Source: Cupriavidus necator
Lineage (GTDB): Bacteria; Pseudomonadota; Gammaproteobacteria; Burkholderiales; Burkholderiaceae
Length of the DNA: 32,000 nt
Direction: 5' to 3'
NCBI RefSeq assembly: GCF_016127575.1
Contig: NZ_CP066019.1
Coordinates: 2,340,001-2,372,000, forward strand
Shown here: piece by piece, positions 25,332 through 32,000 of the stretch
Layout: each line of letters starts with the position of its first letter
Position numbering within the stretch: the first letter of the stretch is position 1
The notes under the pieces: model-generated
The model's input: the letters and a program-made list of their open reading frames with translations, nothing else
Databases searched by the model: none
What the model was told of the DNA's origin: nothing
Translations under genes and position numbers: made by a program

Positions 25332-26481
25332 GGGTGGCGGTCCTTTCTGCATGCGTGGGTTGGGCTTGGTGGTCAGCCGGCGTTGCCGGGGCATCCGCCG
25401 ACGGCAGGGTGCGCGCGGTCAGGTGCGGCCAGAACTGGTCCGAGCCTGCCTGGATGAACGCCTGGCCGAGGCGCTCTGCCCATTCGGTGCTGCTGCCGGC
25501 CTCGGCACGCCAGGCCCACAGGCGCCGCGTGGCAAAGTTCAGCGGGTATTCGTAGGTAAAGCCAATGGCGCCATGCACCTGGTGCGCAATCGAGGCACCC
25601 GTGCGCACCGCGTCGCTGGCCGTCACCTTGGCGACCGCGGCGCTGAATTCAGCCTGGGGCGCGCTGTCCTCCTGCATGGCGGGCAGATCGCGCAGTGCGG
25701 TGGCCGCAGCCGCGTAGCTGCAGGCCACTTCGCCGGCCAGCACGGCAATCTGCTGCTGGATAGCCTGGTTCTTGCCGATGGGCTTGCCAAACTGCACGCG
25801 GTCCTTCACATACTGCACCGCCAGGTCCAGCGCGTAATCCAGCGCGCCGGTCAGCTGCGCGGCGGTGGTGGCGGCGTAGAACACTTCCAGCGGCCGGCTC
25901 AGCCCGGAAATGCCAGCAGGCAGCACATGCGCCACGGGGGCATGGTCAAGCACCACCGTGTCGGCCGGCAGCGATGCGGCATCGGCCTTTGGCTCCACCC
26001 GCACGCCAGTCCCCTTGGCATCCACCAGGCAGACGTGGCCTGCCGCCTCCACCACCAGCCAATGGGCATGGCGCGCCCACTTCACCGCTGTCATCGTGCC
26101 GGTGAGGGTGGCGGGCGTCCCCGCCTCATTGCCGGTCAGTGCCAGTGCCCGCGTCTGCGCGCCGGCGGCCAGCGCAATCACGCTGCCGGCCGCCAGGTCC
26201 AGCCCGCTGCGCGATGCCAGGTACTGCCCCACCACCGCCTGCGACAGCGGCACCGGCGCCTGGGTATAGCCGACCTGGTAGAACAGGGACAACGCTTCCG
26301 GCCACGAGGCCTCGATGCCGCCATGCGCCTCGCGGCAGAGAATCTTGGTCATGCCGGCGTCGGCGATGGCTTGCCACAGTGCGCCGGCAAATTCACCGGT
26401 CTCGACAGCGGTCAGCAGCTCGCGGCTCACCTCGTTGGCCAGCAGTCGCTTGACGGTTTCTTCAATCATGTTGTCGCTCAT
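25324..26481 (-). CDS. Acyl-CoA dehydrogenase-fold protein, probably the non-FAD-binding partner subunit
   Basis: The C-terminal half is ACAD-like (YVKDRVQFGKPIGKNQAIQQQIA, HQVHGAIGFTYEYPL). I cannot find the middle-domain S/T-E-P-x-x-G-S-D motif. ATGA start/stop overlap with the upstream ACAD gene. Confidence 0.75.
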   Translation of the reverse strand: MSDNMIEETVKRLLANEVSRELLTAVETGEFAGALWQAIADAGMTKILCREAHGGIEASWPEALSLFYQVGYTQAPVPLSQAVVGQYLASRSGLDLAAGSVIALAAGAQTRALALTGNEAGTPATLTGTMTAVKWARHAHWLVVEAAGHVCLVDAKGTGVRVEPKADAASLPADTVVLDHAPVAHVLPAGISGLSRPLEVFYAATTAAQLTGALDYALDLAVQYVKDRVQFGKPIGKNQAIQQQIAVLAGEVACSYAAAATALRDLPAMQEDSAPQAEFSAAVAKVTASDAVRTGASIAHQVHGAIGFTYEYPLNFATRRLWAWRAEAGSSTEWAERLGQAFIQAGSDQFWPHLTARTLPSADAPATPADHQAQPTHAERTATHV

Positions 26482-27617
26482 CGCAGCCCCAGTCCTTTCG
26501 CAATAATTCCGCGCAAAATCTCTCTCGTGCCCCCTCGCAGTGAGAACGATGGCGCCGCCAGCGTCACCAGGTTCAGCACCTGGTCGAACTCGCTTCCATC
26601 CCCCAGTCTGTCGGGGAATACCTCGTAGGCAATGTCGGGCAGCGACTGCTCCAGCAGCGCCCCCTGGTCCTTGACGATGGAGGCGGCCAGCGACGGGTCC
26701 TGCCCCTCGGCCATCATCAGTGCGATGCCCTGCGACATCTGGCGCAAGGTGGCATAGCGCGCGATCACCTTGCCGATGGCCACGGCCTGCTGACGGTTGC
26801 CTGCCTGCGCCGCATCGAGCATCTCCAGCAGCAGTTGCGTGCTGCTCAGGAAGCGCTCCGCGCCCGATCGCTCGTACTTCAGTTCATTGATCACCTGGCT
26901 CCAGCCCTTGCCCTCCTCGCCCACCAGGTGGTCATCGGGCACGAACACGTCGTCGAGGATCACTTCGTTGAAGATGCGCGTGCCGAGCTGCGAGACGATG
27001 GGCCGCACCGTCACGCCGGGGCGGTCCATCTCGATGAAGATCTGGCTCATGCCGGCGTGGCGGTCATCGCCACGTTCCCTGGTGCGCACCAGGGCCACCA
27101 TGTAGTGCGCATGGTGCGCGCCCGAGGTCCACACCTTGCGGCCGTTGATCTTCCAGCCGCCTTCGACCTTGGTGCCGCGGGTCCGGATGGAAGCGAGGTC
27201 CGAGCCCGAGTCCGGCTCGCTCATGCCGATGCAAATGAACGCCTCGCCCCGGCGGATCTGCGGGATGATTTTGGGAGCAAGCTGGTCGCGGCTGTAGCGG
27301 ATGAGCAGCGGCCCCATCTGGCGGTCGGCGGCCCAGTGCGCGCCCATCGGGGCACCTACGGCCAGCAGTTCCTCCAGCATCACATAGCGCTCCAGCATGC
27401 TCTTTCCGCCGCCGCCGATGTCGGTTGGCCAGGTCATGCCGAGCCACCCCTTTTCGCCCATCTTCCTGGAGAAATCCGGGTCGCGGCCGGCCCAGTTGTA
27501 TGCCCGCTCGACGCGTGAATACTTTGTGATGTGCTCCCTGGCAAAGGCTCTTGCCTCCTCCCGGAGCGCCTCGCATTCGGGTGGCAGGTCCCCGACCGTG
27601 ACGTGCAAAGTATCCAT
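26478..27617 (-). CDS. Acyl-CoA dehydrogenase (canonical)
   Basis: Start re-set from 27650 to the ATG at 27617 (AAGGA upstream). Motifs GWLGMTWP, CIGMSEPDSGSDLASIRT, KVWTSGAHHAHY, and C-terminal GGTREILRGIIAK with the candidate catalytic Glu. Confidence 0.9.
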   Translation of the reverse strand: MDTLHVTVGDLPPECEALREEARAFAREHITKYSRVERAYNWAGRDPDFSRKMGEKGWLGMTWPTDIGGGGKSMLERYVMLEELLAVGAPMGAHWAADRQMGPLLIRYSRDQLAPKIIPQIRRGEAFICIGMSEPDSGSDLASIRTRGTKVEGGWKINGRKVWTSGAHHAHYMVALVRTRERGDDRHAGMSQIFIEMDRPGVTVRPIVSQLGTRIFNEVILDDVFVPDDHLVGEEGKGWSQVINELKYERSGAERFLSSTQLLLEMLDAAQAGNRQQAVAIGKVIARYATLRQMSQGIALMMAEGQDPSLAASIVKDQGALLEQSLPDIAYEVFPDRLGDGSEFDQVLNLVTLAAPSFSLRGGTREILRGIIAKGLGLR

Positions 27618-27629
27618 GTTTATCCTTAC

Positions 27630-27647
27630 TTGCTTGCGAACAAGCAA
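27630..27647. promoter_or_regulatory. Palindromic operator candidate in the divergent ACAD / CoA-transferase promoter region
   Basis: TTGCTTG-cgaa-CAAGCAA, perfect 7-bp arms, in the AT-rich 90-nt intergenic region. My spot count for 27621-27680 is 25/60 GC. TATAGA follows at 27651-27656. Confidence 0.35.
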
Positions 27648-27707
27648 CACTATAGAGTGGATACAACGAATCTGCTCTAGGTAATAACGATGAGAAGCGA
27701 GGCAACC

Positions 27708-28913
27708 ATGAACGCAAGCGACATGACGAACGACCAGAAGAAGCCGGACGCCACCGCTCCCCGAGGCCCTCTTGCCGGTATCCGCGTGCTGGATCTGACC
27801 GCGGTGGTACTGGGTCCCGTCGCCACCCAGGTGCTGGCGGACTATGGCGCCGAGGTGATCAAGGTAGAACCTCCCGAGGGCGACCTGATGCGTGCAAACG
27901 GCGTGAGCCGCACGCCCGGCATGAGTTCCACCTTCATGAATATCAACCGCAACAAGAGTTCGGTGTGCATCGACCTCAAGGCGGAAGAAGGCAAGGCACA
28001 GCTACGCCAGCTGATCGGCCGCTGCGACGTGCTGGTGCACAACATCCGCATCAAGGCGATCGAGCGGCTGGGGTTCGGCTACGATTCGGTGGCGCAGATC
28101 AACCCGGGCATCGTCTACTGCGCCGCCACCGACTTTGGCGAGGGCGGCGCCTTTGCCGGCCAGCCCGCATTCGACGACATCATCCAGGGCGCCTGCGGCC
28201 TGGCCCATCTGGTGGGACACGAAAGCGGCGTCCCTGACTACCCGCCCACCCTGCTGGCCGACAAGATCGCGGGCCTGGCCACGGCCAACGCCATCCTGGG
28301 CGCGATCGTCCACAAGGTCCGCACCGGCGAAGGCCAGTACGTCGAAGTGCCGATGTTCGAGACAATGGTCGCCTTCACGATGACGGAGCATCTGGGCGGC
28401 CACGGCTTTCAGCCGCCCATTGGCGACGCCGGCTATGCGCGCCTGCTCAAGGGCGGCCGCAAGCCCTCGCCCACCAAGGACGGGTACATCGCCCTGCTGC
28501 CCTATACGGAGCAGCACTGGAAGGCCTTCTTTCACCGCTTCGGGCGCGGCGAATTCATCGAACAGTTCAACATCAGCAGCCGGATCGAGCGCAACAAGAA
28601 CATCCAGGCGATCTATGCGGAGCTGCGCAACATCACCGCGCGGTACACCACAAAAGAGATGATGGACGTGTGCCGCGAGATGGATATCCCGGTCGCGGAA
28701 ATGTATTCCATCCACACCATCCAGACCCATCCCCAGGTACAAAGCACCGGGCTGTTCCAGACCATGACGCACCCCACCGAAGGCGACGTGGTAACCACCC
28801 GCCCGACGGCCCTGTTCTCCAGGTCGCCTGCTTCCATCTATAAGCCTGCCCCTCGTCTCGGCGAGGATACTGAGCGGGTCTTGGGTTCCAGGTCCGTGAA
28901 ATGTTCGAATTGA
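27708..28913 (+). CDS. Type III (CaiB/BaiF-family) CoA-transferase
   Basis: ATG 27708 is preferred over 27690 because GAGG lies 7 nt upstream. Motifs PLAGIRVLDLTAVVLGPVATQVLADYGAEVIKVEPPEGD, DVLVHNIR, and GYDSVAQINPGIVYC with the downstream catalytic-Asp region. Confidence 0.9.
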   Translation: MNASDMTNDQKKPDATAPRGPLAGIRVLDLTAVVLGPVATQVLADYGAEVIKVEPPEGDLMRANGVSRTPGMSSTFMNINRNKSSVCIDLKAEEGKAQLRQLIGRCDVLVHNIRIKAIERLGFGYDSVAQINPGIVYCAATDFGEGGAFAGQPAFDDIIQGACGLAHLVGHESGVPDYPPTLLADKIAGLATANAILGAIVHKVRTGEGQYVEVPMFETMVAFTMTEHLGGHGFQPPIGDAGYARLLKGGRKPSPTKDGYIALLPYTEQHWKAFFHRFGRGEFIEQFNISSRIERNKNIQAIYAELRNITARYTTKEMMDVCREMDIPVAEMYSIHTIQTHPQVQSTGLFQTMTHPTEGDVVTTRPTALFSRSPASIYKPAPRLGEDTERVLGSRSVKCSN

Positions 28914-29013
28914 AGCCGAACCTGAAAAACACGGCCAAGCAGCCGCCCATTGATCCCAAAGTGGAGAAAGCGTCTAATCATCAAGAGAAGGGACCTGAAG
29001 TGACGAGGTCTGT

Positions 29014-32000
29014 ATGCACTGCACAAACTGCGGATCCGAGAACCCTCCTGACGCGAGGTTCTGCAAGGATTGCGGATCACGACTGGGCCGACGCTGCCCG
29101 CACTGTGGCCACGACTCGGGTTCGGCCGACAGGTTTTGTACCGCATGCGGCGCATCGCTGGCCTTACCCACTGTCGGCCCTTCCGATGAAAACCAGCTGA
29201 CGGCGGCGCCCGCTCCCATCGACTACACCCCACGCCACCTGGTCGAACGCATCCTGGCGCAGCAGGCGGCGATGGAAGCCAGGGGCGCGACCGCCGGCGA
29301 GCGCAAGACCATCACGGCGCTGTTCGCCGACATGGCGGGTTCCACGGCGCTGATCCACGACCTGGACCCGGAAGAAGCGCGCCGCCTGATCGATCCCGTG
29401 ATCGCGCTGATGATGGAGGCCGTGCACCACTACGAAGGCTATGTCGCCAAGTCGCTGGGCGACGGCATACTGGCCCTGTTCGGTGCGCCCATCGCGCATG
29501 AAGACCACCCGCAGCGCGCGCTGTATGCGGCGCTGCGGATGCAGGAAGCGATGCGCCGCCACGGCGACCGCATCCGCCTGGAGCAAGGCATACCGCTCCA
29601 GATCCGGGTGGGCATCCACACCGGCGAGGTGGTGGTGCGGTCCATCCGCCGCGACGACCTGCATACCGACTACGATCCGGTAGGACACACGATCAACATT
29701 GCCTCGCGGATGGAAAGCATCGCCACGCCGTCGTCCATTCTGGTCAGCGAGGCGACCTGCAGGCTGACGGAGGGGTATTTCGACTTCAAGGCCCTGGGCG
29801 CAACCCAGGTGAAGGGCATTAGGGAGCCGCTTGCCGTGTATGAAGTGCTGCGCCTGGGCGTGTTGCGCACGCGCCTGCAGGTGGCGCAACGCCGCGGCCT
29901 GGCGCAGTTCGTAGGCCGCGAGGGTGAGCTGGCGCAATTGCGTGACGCGCTGGAGCGGGCCAAGGCGGGACACGGGCAGATCGTGGGCGTGGTCGGCGAG
30001 GCCGGGGTCGGCAAGTCACGGCTGTTCCATGAGTTCAAGGTGCTGTCGCAGCGCGGCTGCATGGTGCTTGAGACCTTCTCGGTGTCGCACGGCAAGTCGT
30101 TCGCGTACCTGCCGCTGATCGACCTGGTGAAGAATTATTTCCAGATCGAGCCGCTCGATGATGAGCGCAGGTGCCGCGAGAAGGTCGCCGGCAGGATGCT
30201 GATGCTGGACCGCACACTGGAAGAGCTGCTGCCTTACCTGCTTTTCCTGCTGGGTATCAGCGAGCCGGGTTCGGCATTGCCGAACATGGATCCCCGCATC
30301 CGGCGCCAGCGCACCTTCGACGCAATCACGCGCCTGCTGGTCCGAGAGAGCCACAACCAGCCGCTCGAGTTGATCTTCGAGGACCTGCAATGGCTGGACA
30401 GCGAGACCGAGGCGTTCCTGGATGTCCTCGCCAGCCACCTGCCAGGTGCCAGGATCCTGCTGCTGCTCAACTATCGGCCCGAGTACCAGCATGGCCGACA
30501 TCAGCCGGACCGTTACACCGAGCTACGGCTCGATCCGCTGGGCCAGGCCGAGGCCCAGGAACTGCTCGCCGCGCTGCTTGGCGACGATCCCGCGCTGATG
30601 CCGCTCAAGCGGCTCATCCTGGACAAGACCGAGGGCAATCCATTCTTCATGGAGGAAGTGGTGCAGACCTTGTCCGAGGAGAAGGCCCTGCTCGGCGAAC
30701 CTGGCCACTACCGGATCGAGCAGACCCCGATCGCGCTGCATATTCCCACCACGGTCCAGGGCGTACTGGCCGCCCGCATCGACCGGCTGCCCCGCCCCGA
30801 GAAAGACTTGCTGCAGAGCCTTGCCGTGATCGGCAAGGAGTTTTCCCTGAGCCTGATCCAGCGCGTGGTCTCCCAGCCGGAGGAACAGTTGCAGCCGCTG
30901 CTGGCCAGGCTGGAGGCCGGCGAATTCATCTACGAGCGGCCCGCATTCCCGGATACGGAGTACATGTTCAAGCATGCGCTGACCCAGGAAGTCGCCGGCA
31001 GCTCGCTGCTGACCGAGGAGCGCACCGCGCTGCACCAACGCACGGCGCAGGCAATCGAAGCCCTGTTCCAGCATCAGCTGAAGGATCACTACAGCGAGCT
31101 GGCCCGGCACTACAGCCTGAGCGGCAATGAACCGAAGGCCGTCGAGTACCTGCAGTGCACCGGCCAGCAGGCAGTGCAGCGCTCCGCGTACCACGAAGCG
31201 ATCCGCCACCTGAATGCCGCGCTGGAATTGCTCCAGCGCCAGCCCGATTCGCCCGAACGCGCCCGCCAGGAACTCACGCTGCGCCTTGCCATCGGGCCGG
31301 CGCTGATCGCCGCCAGGGGCTTTGCCTCGTCCGAGGTCGAAACCACTTACAGCCGTGCCCTGGCGCTGTGCGGCGAGGTCGGGGAGACCCCGCAGCTTTT
31401 TCCCACGCTGGTCGGCCTGCGCACGTATTTCTCCCTGCGCGCCGAGCATCGCAAGGCTTACAAGCTGGGCAAGCAACTGCTTGCCCAGGCCAGGAAGACG
31501 CAGGACCCGGAGCTATTGGGCGAGGCCCATGTCTCGCTCGCCACGACCTTGTATTACTGCGGGAAGTTCAGGGCCTCCGATGGCCACCTGCGAGATGCGC
31601 TCGCCCTCTATGGCGCCAAACCGGATCACGTCCATGTGAATATGCATGGCGTCGACCCGGAGTCACGGGCGCTATCCTTTTCGGCATTGGTCCTGTGGAA
31701 TCTCGGCTATCCGGACCAGGCCTGCAAGCGAGCACAGAGTTCGCTCACGCTGGCCCGGCAGCTGTGCCATCCCTTCAGTCTCGCGCATGGCCTCTGCCTG
31801 GCGGCCGAGCTGCACCAATTCCGCTGCGACCCAAGGCTCACGCTCGAGTGCGCCGACGCGGCCATCGCGCTCTCAAGCGAGCAGGGCTTCCCCGTGTGGC
31901 TTGCCTGGTCGACCTTCCTGCGCGGTTGGGCCCTGGCCGAGCAAGGGCAGCATGAGCAAGGCATCGCGCAGATGCGCCAGGGGCTGGCGGCGTACCACGC
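29014..32000 (+). CDS. Multidomain signalling protein: double zinc ribbon + class III adenylyl cyclase + STAND (AAA_16-like) NTPase + TPR array; 3' end beyond the window
   Basis: Not in the ORF track. I translated frame 1 by hand from the ATG at 29014 to nt 31998 (995 codons) with no stop. GAGG lies 5 nt upstream and an in-frame TGA sits at 28996. Zinc ribbons: CTNCGSENPPDARFCKDCG and CPHCGHDSGSADRFCTACG. Cyclase: FADMAGST (D106), KSLGDG (K146, D150), DPVGHTINIASRMES (D221, N228, R232). Walker A GEAGVGKS (328-335), Walker B LIFEDLQWLD, the GNPFFMEE motif, then TPR-like helical repeats from about aa 700. Confidence 0.85.
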   Translation, partial: MHCTNCGSENPPDARFCKDCGSRLGRRCPHCGHDSGSADRFCTACGASLALPTVGPSDENQLTAAPAPIDYTPRHLVERILAQQAAMEARGATAGERKTITALFADMAGSTALIHDLDPEEARRLIDPVIALMMEAVHHYEGYVAKSLGDGILALFGAPIAHEDHPQRALYAALRMQEAMRRHGDRIRLEQGIPLQIRVGIHTGEVVVRSIRRDDLHTDYDPVGHTINIASRMESIATPSSILVSEATCRLTEGYFDFKALGATQVKGIREPLAVYEVLRLGVLRTRLQVAQRRGLAQFVGREGELAQLRDALERAKAGHGQIVGVVGEAGVGKSRLFHEFKVLSQRGCMVLETFSVSHGKSFAYLPLIDLVKNYFQIEPLDDERRCREKVAGRMLMLDRTLEELLPYLLFLLGISEPGSALPNMDPRIRRQRTFDAITRLLVRESHNQPLELIFEDLQWLDSETEAFLDVLASHLPGARILLLLNYRPEYQHGRHQPDRYTELRLDPLGQAEAQELLAALLGDDPALMPLKRLILDKTEGNPFFMEEVVQTLSEEKALLGEPGHYRIEQTPIALHIPTTVQGVLAARIDRLPRPEKDLLQSLAVIGKEFSLSLIQRVVSQPEEQLQPLLARLEAGEFIYERPAFPDTEYMFKHALTQEVAGSSLLTEERTALHQRTAQAIEALFQHQLKDHYSELARHYSLSGNEPKAVEYLQCTGQQAVQRSAYHEAIRHLNAALELLQRQPDSPERARQELTLRLAIGPALIAARGFASSEVETTYSRALALCGEVGETPQLFPTLVGLRTYFSLRAEHRKAYKLGKQLLAQARKTQDPELLGEAHVSLATTLYYCGKFRASDGHLRDALALYGAKPDHVHVNMHGVDPESRALSFSALVLWNLGYPDQACKRAQSSLTLARQLCHPFSLAHGLCLAAELHQFRCDPRLTLECADAAIALSSEQGFPVWLAWSTFLRGWALAEQGQHEQGIAQMRQGLAAYH

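Noticed and set aside
28895-28915. tRNA T-loop-like GTTCGAAT string
   Set aside because: It lies inside the CoA-transferase coding sequence, and no acceptor, D or anticodon arms can be drawn around it.
28901-29200. 99-aa plus-strand ORF spanning the CoA-transferase stop and the cyclase start
   Set aside because: It overlaps two well-supported genes out of frame, has no SD, and its sequence is non-descript.
29014-29853. Cyclase as a Pycsar- or CBASS-type antiphage nucleotide cyclase
   Set aside because: It is a class III cyclase with the adenine-specifying Lys/Asp pair (K146/D221), not a CD-NTase. It is fused to its own STAND/TPR module, and no small adjacent effector gene is visible upstream. 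The downstream region is outside the window, so a defence role is left only as an open hypothesis.

Overview
High-GC betaproteobacterial chromosomal segment. It looks Cupriavidus/Ralstonia-like, inferred from composition, a Bug-family binding protein and a CCCTCTCCCGC-type REP hairpin; no search was run. I support 27 protein-coding genes and found no tRNA, rRNA, CRISPR array, transposase or integrase.

Gene order, left to right:
- APC permease (5' end outside the window)
- PDR/VanB-type reductase
- SRPBCC + ArsR pair
- four-gene MacAB-like efflux set (adaptor, ATPase, two FtsX permeases)
- gltS, translationally coupled to a lipoprotein TAXI-family binding protein
- cdh with a small upstream ORF
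- DM13 protein
- porin
- class A PBP
- exported DUF1800/DUF1501 pair
- EamA + AraC
- hemerythrin-domain protein
- a visibly lower-GC catabolic block: TetR, Bug binding protein, enoyl-CoA hydratase, two overlapping acyl-CoA dehydrogenases and a divergent type III CoA-transferase

The most interesting feature is missing from the supplied ORF track because it never reaches a stop codon in the window. It is a frame-1 ORF of more than 995 codons starting at 29014. It encodes a double zinc ribbon, a class III adenylyl cyclase with all six canonical catalytic/specificity residues, a STAND-type P-loop NTPase and a TPR array.

Other points worth follow-up:
- the gltS-TAXI coupling
- a 12-bp perfect stem that buries the Shine-Dalgarno of the SRPBCC/ArsR operon
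- a probable heteromeric ACAD pair
- a gene-fragment/composition junction at about 22.6 kb

Many long antisense ORFs in the track are high-GC artefacts and were rejected. All family assignments come from motif recognition by eye, with no database searches.
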